Part shown: piece after piece, positions 12,501 to 43,744 of the stretch | Numbering within the stretch: position 1 is the stretch's first letter | Layout: the number at the start of each line of letters is the position of its first letter | Source: Pecten maximus | Lineage: Eukaryota | Length of the DNA: 64,000 bases | Direction of reading: 5' to 3' | Assembly (NCBI RefSeq): GCF_902652985.1 | Contig: NC_047015.1 | Location: 28,520,001 to 28,584,000 of the forward strand | Notes under the pieces: model-generated | Told to the model about the DNA's origin: nothing | Seen by the model: the letters and a program-made list of their open reading frames with translations, nothing else | The model's database searches: none | Position numbers and translations under genes: made by a program

Positions 12501-15500
12501 GGAACCTATATAAAAAAAATTCAGAAAGATTCCTTCAGCACTTTCTGATAAATAGCAGTAACAATCTTCAATTGTCAAAATCCAAGAAGGCCACCTTTCG
12601 GCCATGTTGCTTTTCAATCGTTTTCAGAATGGTATAAGTGTGACATGCGACTATGGGGAACATATGTATCAAATTTCAGAAAGATTGGCAATTTTCAGTA
12701 CTTACTGAGAAATAGCTATAGGAGCAACAAACTTCAAATGTCAAAATTCAAGCTGGCCACCTGTCAGCCATGTTATTTTCTGATTAGTCATGAAATGCAG
12801 GGCCCGGCAAAAGCACTCGTCCGCTCGTCCTGACGAGTGGATTTTCCCGACGAACGAGTGGTTTTAATTGCCAACTAGTCCGTCGGACGAGTAGAATTTT
12901 TCTATGTTATTTCAGCTGTCGTTAATAAAATTGCTTAAAATTTGATGCATTGTTAGTTATGTATTCTTTATTGTGCCATTATTACGAAAAATAGTAAAAT
13001 TTCTGCATGATAGCAGGTAAGTAGGCCTATCTTCGTCTGTAGATCGGAAGTCATGTACGATGACCGATAACCTCTGAGTGTTCCGGGTGACATGTAAGTA
13101 TAATGAGTGTTGTCCGAGGATGTCTGCATAAAAATGGCTCAGCGAAAATTGGATTGTTATTTTTATTGTCAGTCAACGTAAAAAAAACAGGATGACAGTT
13201 GTGTTGAGACGACCCATTCAAATGTAAACGGTAACCATTATGATCTCTAACAAATAATTGATGAAGTCATTGCTATATTTTATACTGGTTCATCGAAAAC
13301 TTTCTCACAATTTCTCGCGTAATGTGACCTATTTTCCCGATGTTTACATTAGCTACATTCCTGTATTAGTTGAATCATCGGTCTTTCAATCGATGGATTA
13401 AAACTTTACTAACGTAATGAACATTATAAGATCAAGCGTAAACGTATTGAATACAATTAGTAAACAGCCATGTGAAAAATGAGAATGTTGTATAGCAGAT
13501 AATTCTGAAATTTTCTGGACAAGTGAATTCTTTGTTCGGAAGAGTACTTTTATTCAGGCCACTAGTCCGATGGACGAGTGCTTTTGAAAGTTTTTCCTGG
13601 GCCCTGAAATGAAATATGCACACCTAGAGATCAGGAGGAACCTACAGATGAAATTTCAGATAGATCCCATGAAGTTTTTCCAGAGATATAGCAATAATAA
13701 TCTTCAAATGTCAAAATCCAAGATGGTCACCTGTCAGCCATGTTGATTTCTGATCAGTCCCATAATGGAATATGCAAACTAAGGACCAAGGGGAACACAC
13801 ATAAGAAATTTCAGAAAGATCCCTTTATCACTTTCTGATAGAGCTGTCATTTATATGAGTTTGGTGTATCGATATCATATATCAAAAGAAAAATATCGCG
13901 ATATATCGATACAAGTAGAAACATTGATGGTGTTGAGACGAGAATGTCCAATAAACTTTATCATTCAAGAAAAAGGCTTTCTAGTTGTTTTTGACAAATT
14001 AACATACTACCAATGTAAAGTAATTCACCTATAACAGTACACTGTTATCAAGTTTCCTCAAACTAAACCATGCATGGTGCAAACTGCAAAAGTTTCCTTC
14101 CGCCATGCTTATTTTATTGATAATGTGTTTTTGAGACTACAGGGGAATAATAACTGTTATATGTTTGTAAGATTGTTTTTATTCATTGTTGGCCTATGTT
14201 TGCAAGATTGAATCATTTTTTACAGCAGTTAAGAAGCCTAACAATGTGAAAATAAATGAAAGGGATTCTTTTAGAAATCCAGAGAGTGATTGTTTTGTGT
14301 ATTACATAATACAGTCGTAGGCAAAATGGCTGCCCTCAACTATCGAGACCAGGCAAGAGCAGGAAGACAATCCAGTAAAATAACAATTTTATCATCATAT
14401 ACTGTACCAGTTTTTGCAACAGTTGTCTACCTTTATATCAATTCTCTGAAAAAAGAATCTATATCGTATCAGAAGATGAGAATCAACAATACATTGATAT
14501 CGTTTGTAAAGATGACAGCTCTACTTTCTGAGAAATAGCGATAGAAAGAATTGTTTACAGTGGGATGGACACCGGAATATGGACGCAAGGCGATTTGAAT
14601 AGCCAATCATCTGATGATAGTGGGCTAAAAACTACTTACTTATTGTAAGTAAGCAAACATGATAATATAATGACTCCACGGTAGCAGACCACAGAAAGAT
14701 TGCCTAGCTATGGGTGATTTTTTTGTTAAGCAAATAACTCCTGTATTATGATTTGCATAAAAAAGGGGGGAAATTTTTACACTATAATTGCTAAATTCAT
14801 TATGAAGTAGTACATACAGGCTTCACATTTGTTAAAACTAAAATAAATAAATTTTCCGGATTTTTCCGAAAGTGTGTTTACACATGGAAATATAGTTTTG
14901 CCTACAGCTAAAAATGATTGCTCATAATCAGGGTAAGATTGCGGGAAAACTTAATGTACAACATATGTCAAAACAAGATTAAGTTTGTCTTTTGGATAGA
15001 GATATTTAACTTCTAAAAGGTATCAGAAAAAAAACTGTGTAGAGAATTGTGTCATGTTGGGTCAAATATCATGATATTTTGCAATTTTTAAGTTGTCACC
15101 ATGGTATTCACAGGTCAGAAAAACATAGAAAAATAAGTTTACTTATCCTTCAGAGCTGTATTAAAATTACAAATTTTGTATAGATTACAAATATATATAC
15201 TTTATTATAGGTAATATGTAGGGTTAACCAGGAATGTTTACATATCTAAAACATGTGCCTTATATATATTATATGTATGAAATATTTACCATCTCCAGAA
15301 TTTTTCTTCGGATGTGTACTACTCCGTGATGTCTCCTGGAAGACAAAAACATTTGTTTTAAAATGGTTTATATTCCTTGAAAACTTAAAATATCAATATA
15401 AAATTACCAGGTAAACATCTTAAACACAGCACATAATTAAATATTAAAAACTCCAGCATGGTGATAAATTGGCACACCCACATTATTTGCCAAATAAGCA

Positions 15501-16151
15501 GCATATGCATTGTTTAAGCTTTGCCTTATGCAGCAAGTGATGCCCGATCCTTTCATATTCGCAATAAAATTTTCAGAAATTAAATTATATGGAAGCTGAT
15601 CAGCAAAATCATAATTTAGCACAATGCTTCTAGTGCAAAAAAGTGCTCTGCTAAAATAGTATGAATGTTTAGGGTACTGAATCCCCTTTTATTGATCACC
15701 TGGTGATTAAGTTCATCAACTTAATTTCTTGCACCAAAACTCATTTGTCATAAATTTTCCTTCAGCCCATTTTGCGTTTTTTGGGTCTCCTCCCTTTTTA
15801 TCATCACTGACGAGTCCTAGAAGCATTAAACAGCTGTATGGTGCAGTTTACTCAATCTTGGCTCTATTGTATCTATCTCTCATTTTATTTCACAGGTGCT
15901 AACATCTTGTGTGTTTTTGTACAACCCATAATACATGTACTTTAAAACTCCAAAACACAAATTAGGAAGATGTACTGGCATGAGAATATGCATATTTCTT
16001 AACATACCTTGTTTGGTCCCTTTTTATCACCAGGAAGATTGGACTGCCTGCTAGATGAGGACTTTCTGATGGAGGATATTTGTGAGCCAGTGAGGCTAAG
16101 ATTCACATCTTCTCCACGAGCCTTACTTCTACTACTGCTCCGTGCAGACAT
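593..16151 (-). CDS. CEP131: Centrosomal protein 131 (AZI1), 5' part; gene continues past the left edge
   Basis: Phase-consistent GT-AG exons: 16151-16008 (ATG; MSARSSSRSKARGEDVNLSLTG), 15335-15290, 11500-11419, 10592-10484 (EDFLALFE), 9955-9236 (IQ motif AAIKIQRWYR; KARQQAIQ), 9048-8773 (ELQKKREE), 2527-2329 (TLNDLLETLKKLEEEE...AW), 786-593 (LTADKL...LSDDKLKSIMSFLDEV). These match remembered human CEP131 motifs in order (VDLSLTG, DFLMLFE, ARRAAIQELQQKR, TLDELLDTLKLLEEE, KLQSIMSFLDEM). The two small exons rest on phase only. Confidence 0.88.
890..2008. repeat. 40-bp minisatellite (TCATTACTGTAGAAACAGCTATCATGGTTTATATGTATGA)n, about 28 copies, CEP131 intron
   Basis: Direct inspection. Confidence 0.97.
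2909..5480 (-). mobile_element. Non-autonomous Helentron-type element (HINE/DINE-1/pearl-like) with about 14-15 internal 155-bp tandem units
   Basis: One end has a perfect 12-bp hairpin TAGCCCACCATC-TGAT-GATGGTGGGCTA plus a (GACG)n microsatellite; the other has AGATCCC-AGA-GGGATCT plus subterminal GCCCACCAT; inserted in an A/T run with no TSD. Confidence 0.88.
5661..7478 (-). mobile_element. Second copy of the same HINE family, about 9-10 155-bp units
   Basis: Same terminal hairpins, (GGAC/GGGAC)n microsatellite and core unit as 2909-5480; left terminus slightly truncated. Confidence 0.88.
7600..8720. repeat. Mosaic of degenerate HINE-like repeat fragments
   Basis: Three diverged copies of GTGAAGTTTGATCAAAA...GAATGAAG.CGCTA with TGACCTTGACC motifs; repeated AAGGGCAATAA.TCTGTAAA and GTTATGCTTCAGAC motifs. 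Confidence 0.5.
9990..10171. mobile_element. Short hAT-like MITE
   Basis: TIR CAGGGCTTTTTCT...AGAAAAAGCCCTG; TSD not intact. Confidence 0.7.
12798..13606. mobile_element. hAT-like MITE with 5-bp TSD (hAT5-type), nested in HINE
   Basis: CAGGGCCC...GGGCCCTG ends, subterminal AAAAGCACTCGTCC/GGACGAGTGCTTTT inverted motifs; AAATG at 12793-12797 and 13607-13611; the HINE unit resumes after it. Confidence 0.8.
13839..14523. mobile_element. hAT MITE with 8-bp TSD, nested in HINE
   Basis: TIR TAGAGCTGTCAT...ATGACAGCTCTA; TSD CTTTCTGA at 13831-13838 and 14524-14531. Confidence 0.9.
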
Positions 16152-16159
16152 TTTTATCT

Positions 16160-17664
16160 AGTGTAATGAAAAATTTGAAAACTTGTTTAACTGCAATGAA
16201 AAATAAACCATATATAATTAAAAGCTTACATTACATTAACAGTAGTACCTGTGCTAAAGAATTATAACCAATAAGCCTTCTTTAAGTTCAGTACGTGATT
16301 AAAGCCATCCTTACTTTAACTTGTAGTTTACTTGTTGACCGCTGGGTTAATCGCAGGATAAATACCTAAGGTAGAGTAAATGGTAGAGAAAAATATCATT
16401 CTAGTTTGAGGATGGATGTAAAGAGAACCAGGCAAATATAGTACAAAACTAATGAATTCTATTCCATGTGATAAGACAATTACTTGATATAAAGTGAATA
16501 ATCTTTTGCATTCTTGGTCAAAGATTAAAATGTGTAAAACTCTTTTCTACCTTATTGTAATATTGAAGATGACCATGTATATATATTGCAATAAAACCAC
16601 TTTTGCAGCTTCCAATCTCAACTCCCTTTTTAAAAGTATGAATTGTGTCTTCTTTTTATATACCAGGTAATTGTAAACATTTATTTACAACTTTTTTTCT
16701 GTGTTCAACAAGCCTAATCTCTTAAATGTTAAGAAATGCATTCTTGCATGTACCCCGAGAGGAATCGTTCCCAGTCACAGCTCTGCCATACAGACCCAAC
16801 GCAGAATGATCTATCATAACACTAATGTTACAGTGCAGTAATGTTCAATCCTTTTTTTCCACATTTTACAGGGGCATTTCATTCATGTCCAGTCTACTAA
16901 AATTCTATCCGTGTTAACGTACTCCTCATGAGCGAAATATGTATAGTTTCCCTCGAGTGTAATGTACGAGACAGGGTATGATTATTTGTTTTATCATAAT
17001 CGGCCTTACAGTTACACAGCCTACAGTAAGTTTTACATGACATGGGGAAAGAGTACTAACGTTGGAATCTGGTGACAGGACATGCTGAGTATCATGAATA
17101 TGCGAAGAGCGTGCATTAAGATAATATTCGCACGCGATCAATGCCAAATTACCTTTCAAATTCTATTGAAAAGACATATATAACACACAACTACACATTA
17201 TGTCAGTCATCCAAAGGAATCTTGTCAAGTTTGTCGGAAATAGGTCTACTTGTTGTAAACAACACATGCGTAAACCATACTTATCCCAGGATACATTGTA
17301 ATAAAACTTCCATAAGTAGTTCTGGAGAAATTATTGAGCAACAGTATAAATAGATTATAAAAATATAATAAAAGTTACATCATTCATTTCAAAATAAGAA
17401 AACCTTTTTGCGATTTTTCACATCAGCTATTTGCTTAACACGATTCGATAAACGTTATCATTAGGTCAAAGTGATGCGAACTACTTTTTACGCGTACTCA
17501 TATAATTCGAGGTGGTACATGGAACGACGAGGGAAGCCATTTTGGATTTGAGACTGAATAGAAAGATAAATTAAAACAATTTTTGGGTACCATAAAAGCG
17601 ATAGCCTGGTACCATTTGAGCATTAGAGCATGCGTCTATCATTCACATACGAATATTCATAGCT
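16160..17664. promoter_or_regulatory. Probable bidirectional promoter region between CEP131 and CNOT3
   Basis: Divergent ATGs 1.5 kb apart; local CpG enrichment at about 16.9-17.8 kb; YY1-type GCCATTTT at about 17535. The CEP131 ATG exon has an acceptor at 16158-16159, so a non-coding first exon should lie in this interval. Confidence 0.7.
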
Positions 17665-37533
<19,869 letters not shown>

Positions 37534-39603
37534 ATGAAGTGTGACAATGGAATTCTTAGAGTTCTATTTCATGAATGATTCAGTTTCCGTGGATCTGCTA
37601 CAACTGCCAATCATGAGTGATCTGACGGGACGAGTGAGAGGATGAAGTGTGAATGGTGCTAAGTGAAGAGTTCATTTGTTGATTTCAACCTTCATGTATG
37701 TTCAACTGTAGTGATCTATCAATATGAAAGTGTTGTTTGCCCATTACCTCCCAAAGTGACAGATGACATGCAGTAGCATGTTGCAGGACATGATGACAAC
37801 AGCCATGTAGGCTGTTAGTCTTGGCAGCATATTGTGATACACTGTATATTGTACTTTATGAGGCAGGAACCTCTTAGTCTACCTGATCTCGCTTACTTCT
37901 AGGGAGGGTAAAATGCAATCTTATCATACTCGATTATTGTGGTCATTTTTGATAGTTGATGGAATGTTGAAATCTTCACATCACATTTATCTAGAGTGTT
38001 TGTAATAATTTGTTTCCTAGTTTGAGACTGTGTAGGTGATTGAGTCTAAATGACTTTGTGCTCCATTTGGCTGTTAATGTTTTTATCATTTCAATCGTTG
38101 TTTGAGATATGTGGCAGCTTCGAAAAGAATCTCATATTGCATTACAACCTGGATTAATTACAAAAACTATTCTACAGCTTCTCAAACCTTGCTTTGATAC
38201 TAAATTATTTTATATAATTGAATATCAGAACTTCTATATACGACTATTTCAAAGCTAATATTTCAGTATTTTTATTTTATTACCCTCATTTGTATGGTAC
38301 TGCAGACAACATGGTAATTTTGACATCACAATCTTGATGTTTTATTTACTAAATTGTCCAAACCAAAGTGCACTTGCCTGTCATATTTGTACAGTTGATG
38401 GCTTGTTCCTGACCTGACATCCGTTATGTCCTTGTTTGTCAGGTTTGGACCAACACCACCATGGTAGTTGTAACGATACTCATCCTTTACTGATATTTAT
38501 TGACATTGGAAGCCTCTGTAAGATATGTGCCAAACCTTGATTGCCGAGAATCCTGTCTGTAAGTAGAAATCTAGTCATGACAGATAATCTGCTACACATA
38601 TCAAAACAGAATTCCTGGGCCTACTACTATACTGTAGTATACATCCCACCTGATATCACAGTATTCACATGTACTATGTACATAGCATTACATGTATTGG
38701 ACACCTAATCAATACGTTTGTGCACTGTTTGTTTCATTCAATATGCCATTTCGTTATTTAAAGATTTGCTGCTGTTGACCTGTGATCTAATAAGATTCAG
38801 AAGTGATTGATATCTGTAGCCTTAAGATGTGTATTCCAACTCCTGGTTCATATTTCAAACAGAACTTTAGTCTTTAATTAACAACAGAAAATAAGTGATA
38901 GGATTTAATTGCAGTATTGCTGTTGTTTTTATGTTAAATATCACAATCTTTCAAATTTCAACTATCCAAGTTCAATCATCAAAATTTGAAGAAGAAAAAA
39001 AGAAAAGGGACAAACATTGGGGATATGTTTCTGTGAAGAAAAACAACTTTGATTGCTTACAACTGCATGGAAATTAGACTTAAATGCACAATGCCATCAT
39101 TGCTTTTGCATATTGGAGTTGTAATAAGAGTTGGTGATACAATCAGCATTGTCAGATATACTGGAGTCCTTTGGTATGTTGCCTTTGTGCGTGATGTTAT
39201 AGAATCAGGGCTGTATGAATGTGATATATGTATCACAGACTAGCCTGGGTCCCTGTCTAGTGACTATTTACAATCCAGAGCCTCTTGTGTGGTACTTAGG
39301 TGGTATTCATTGATCGGCTGTGATGTACTGAAATATGGTTGATAGCACTGAGATTATTTTCAGTTGTTAAACAGATTTTGTTTTGTCTCAGAAGTGCTGC
39401 AATATTAAATCTGTTGTGTTAAATATTTTAGAACTGTCACATTCATTTACTTCATAGATGTATAGAACAATTATATTGTGGACCAATGGTCTTTCCCTGT
39501 AGATACAGGCCTGTGTGTAAGAATTTTTATGTTGTTTGTGTGAGACTGTAACTTTTTTGTGTCTGTGCGAGTGAAGACTTATGTAGGTGCAATCCATAAT
39601 AAA
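37534..39603 (+). other. Probable long CNOT3 3' UTR with candidate AATAAA at 39598-39603
   Basis: Repeat-free T/G-rich sequence after the TAA; AATAAA followed by GT/T-rich sequence. The true end is uncertain. Confidence 0.45.
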
Positions 39604-41099
39604 AGCAATTTTTAAAGTATAAGTGAGAGTGTATGTAGAATTTTTATCGGTTTTACTTGTGGGCGTCCTTAAGTCTGTATGTATCTATCAGAAGATAAAC
39701 AATCATATTGTGAAATTTGTTACATATTGTAAGTAATCTTTTTACATCTGTCATAAGTTTTGGATAATATTCTTTAGGGCTAAGGAAACAAGACACTACA
39801 TACAATTTGAATATGGGTCTATTAGAAAAGAAGAAATGCATGCAAATTCTCTCAAGATTTCCAAAGTGTTAATTATTCAACTGAGTATTTGTTAAGTATT
39901 CGAGTGAGTATAGATGATGAAGTGAATGAGACAATTTTGTGTTCAGAATTATAATTCAATCAATCATAAACATTTATTTTTACATTTGAGGTGTAATATT
40001 TGAAATAGTCAAGTATTAGTCTAAAAAAAACTCATTTTTCTTCCAACAGTTTTTTTTTTTTTTCTCTCTATTTAAAGTTTAAAAACATAATTATAATTCT
40101 GTATTTAATACTACACATTTTTGGATACAAAATATTAATTAAATTCAAACAATCACTGCGGATGTCTGTTGATGTGTGCCATAAATTGATTGTGACTGAA
40201 TACAATAATAAGTCGGTTTAGTCACATGTTGGTTGTACAGCCTCGAATGACTTGGTACAGATAAGATAAGCCTGGAGCACAATTTCATGTGTGAATGGTG
40301 TCCTTAAATCAACATTGTTTTGTGCATAAAGAGAAAGAGAGGGAGAGAGAAGGTGTGAAGATGGGCAGTTTTACATCATGTTTGGAAGGTAGTCTGACCA
40401 ATCAGGGAAGCTGATTCTCTCGTCATGTGATAGACATAGTCATGGTGGACGGTGTGAACTGACTGAGCTGGCTTTCGATCAAGACATTGGTTTTATTTGA
40501 GTGCATAACACTCTGTATACATGTCTTATTTTTGTACAGATGTAAAGTGCTCTACCTGTGCTTGTCATTGACATTGGTCACTAGGTATGGTCCAGGCATT
40601 TGTCCGGCCTGGTCTGAGACTAGTGACTGATGTAGATAGATATGACAGTGTAGGCAAGGGCAGGTAAAACTATGGTGGAAAAAAAAGATAAAAAATTAAA
40701 AAAATGACAAAATGATTTTGTCAGTGACTGATTATCTGCCTTATCTTATTTGTCTCGCTTATCTGCCTTATCTTATTTGTCTCGCTGCCAAAAGGTTTCC
40801 CCTTAAATACTACCGGTATTACATCTATGTTTACAGCATTCTTTACTGAAACAAGTACAAAATGTTTGCATACTAACTTGCTGACCTCAGTATCTAATAT
40901 ATCTTTGTGTGTGCCATGAGGTCTTTAGACACACATTTTAAATGACCCATAGTACAAACATATTTTACATCAAGGGAAGTTTTAGTTTTGAACTCCAGAT
41001 AAAATTTTAAAACATTTGGTACAGCAGGTCCAGGGCTATGGTTACAGTTTTGTACGTGACTGGAGGGTTTATTGGTATTGGTGGGTATATAATGAAACT

Positions 41100-41280
41100 A
41101 CCTTGGGTGTCTTAGGTAGTGTGTTTCAGTGAGGCAGCACTATGAAGTTGTCATCAGTTTTGCGCTCTAACAAGGAAATATACCACAGCCTCCCAAAACA
41201 CACACTTGCTTCACACAGGAGGCCATCCTTAAATGACCTTAGCTGTTGATGGGCTTAATATTACCAAAGCAAACCAACAT
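41100..41280 (+). mobile_element. 5'-truncated SINE-like fragment with a different body but the same 3' tail as the other SINEs
   Basis: CCTTAAATGACCTTAGCTGTT...AAACCAAC versus CCTTAAATTACCCTGGCTGTT at about 32700. Confidence 0.55.
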
Positions 41281-43744
41281 CGTGTATAATGTCCCAACTT
41301 TGTTTTATCGGTGTACATTAACTACTGCTACTGCTGTGCAAGTAAAGTTTACCAAAAGTAAGTCATGTTGAGTGCCAAGATGTCTGAATCATTATTCTTC
41401 CACTTCTAAGAAACCTACTTTTTTCCTTAATCAATTTTGTTTCACTTCGAAGAATTGTACCATTTTCCTGAAAAAAAAATTCTGCACTTTCTTGGAAACG
41501 AATTGTACCATTTTTCTGTACCTTCTTGGAAACATCCCTTTTTTTTTCTTTTTTTTTTTCTGTTTTCCTAAAAATCGATTGTCTAATTTCTGAGAATCCT
41601 GCACTTCAATGTGGTCAATTTATGTACATATAGAATACATAATCAGTGTATTAAAATATAAAAGCTTTATTTTGGAGAGACATTTTAAATGGTATCAAAA
41701 ATATCCAAAATATGTTCGCCTTTTAAATGTTGTTTCACTTAGAAGTAGGTCAGTTGAATTTCATCCATGTACGTTTAGGCTAGAACCCTCGTCAGACAAC
41801 AGTTATATTGACCTTTGCCCTATTATGAGATTGTCGTAAAATACTCAAAGACCACTTATTGATCATAATGTTATTCAATTCTAACATGTAACGAGGTTGT
41901 CCATCTTCGGATGGGCCATACAGATATATACAACGCATTCCTACCCACTGAAGTGAGAGGACTAGCCTCGGTACACCGCATGCAATGAACCATTTACCAT
42001 TAAACATTTTTTTTTTTTTATTAGATTGCATTGATATACAACCTACAAGAGAAAGTTTTTTACAACAGCAAAGGAAGTCTAAATTCTTTTCAAAGTCGTT
42101 GCATTCACAAAATTTCTAACTATCTAAAAGCTGTTGGTCTGTATAACCAGATTTGGGTAACAATCACCACTTTTTTTATTTTAAAATACGTGGGTGTACC
42201 ATTGTATATTCGTTTGCACATTTTTACTCACCATTTTCTGGCCCTAAATGACCTTTCATAGTATACAACTAAGTAACTAACAGGTTAACTTTGTCGAGAT
42301 ATACGATTCTGGTGTCGACCTATCTCGACTTGCTACTCAATTGATTCAATTATCTACTATTGATTCCGGCAATGTTCTGTTGTACCAAAACGTTGCGTGA
42401 ATCTAATGTTTAGCGGTTTACAAGTTTTTGTTATATTGTAAAGCAAATTACAAAAGCATATAAAAACTTGCCTACCCAATACGAATCTAGATCACTTAGC
42501 AGTGCAAGTAATTCCGCTAAAAATGTATAGTTAGACTATATTTATCTCCCCATTGTCTTCTCATGGATCGGACAGACACAGAAATGTACCATGTTAGCGT
42601 CGAAACTGCCGTGTGTCTTGCTGACGTCGAGGACGAATATCATTTCATATTTTAAATGTCCTTGTACAGTGTATATTAAGCCCTATTATCGACGAAATCC
42701 TTCCCTATTTAGATTTGTTATATTTCGATCCTCCATTCATTTTTTCAACGGAAACATATTCTGAAGAAATCATTTAGTAGATGAATAAATGTTGTACGAA
42801 TGAAATGACCCTGGAAGTATTTATTGTAATTTGATTTATGCCAATTTTGTATCTATAAACCATTAGTTTACGATAAAAAATACGAATAGCGCTCTCCACA
42901 CGGTTAGATCTGACCTCCATGACTGACACCCCAACCCCCCATCCCATTACTCAAATAATCTTAAAGTTTAAGCACGAACGTTTTCCGCTGAGCAAAGAGC
43001 AGGTAAGTCACTACCTTTTAACAGAATTCCATTGATCATTAAGTATAAAAAAAATGAGTTCATGTGGTTACAATGCTCTCTATAAAGATCGCAACCAAAA
43101 AATCAGTGTCGGATAACTTTTCAGACCAGTGTTGCGACGGCTGGATTAAGGCATAATTGTCGAGAAACTCGGAACTTGTTTCCTTGTAAAACAAATGGAT
43201 ACATTATTTGCTTTAGATGCCATACAAAATTTCAAGTTCTGTCAATATTTATTTCCCGAATACGGATTATAATTAGGTATTGTTTACACTTAGGAGAAGT
43301 GGGTAATGTTTAAACATAGGCGCGTCGTGTCAATAAAATTCTGCGCGCGACAATAATTCTTATAATTTGTTTTCAAATTGATAAATCATTTGTTTCACTC
43401 AGAACTTGTTAAGAAATTATTAGAAAACATGGAAGTTATAACTCGGGTATCGGTTCTTAGTCTAACTGGTCCAGTGTCGGGGATATATACATATGTCCCT
43501 TATCTAACGTAATAAAAAAAAAACACTAATTAGACAATTACAAATATGTTCTCGCGTTAATCGATCATCGATATGCCGTCAATCACCATTGTGTATGTTA
43601 CTGTCAATTATGTTGCAGGATCGAATTGATATAAGAACAGGTGAAACACACAAAAATATTCCACATGGTACTATTATATCGGCGCGATCGAACACTGGTA
43701 CATGTATAAGCTTACTGGTACCAAGACGAGTTTAAAAAACTATG

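Larger units (their letters stand above)
11592..14630 (-). mobile_element. Older, diverged HINE of the same family, interrupted by two nested MITEs
   Basis: Same termini (AACAAGAGATCCCAGAG... and ...TGATGATAGTGGGCTAA) and degenerate 155-bp units. Confidence 0.8.

Noticed and set aside
15680-15820. Sequences resembling the end of the CEP131 ATG exon (GATAAAAAGGGA)
   Set aside because: No phase-compatible open exon; probably a short local duplication or chance.
38687-38694. Pumilio element TGTACATA in the CNOT3 3' UTR (possible feedback on CCR4-NOT)
   Set aside because: A single 8-mer in 2 kb of AT-rich sequence is expected by chance.
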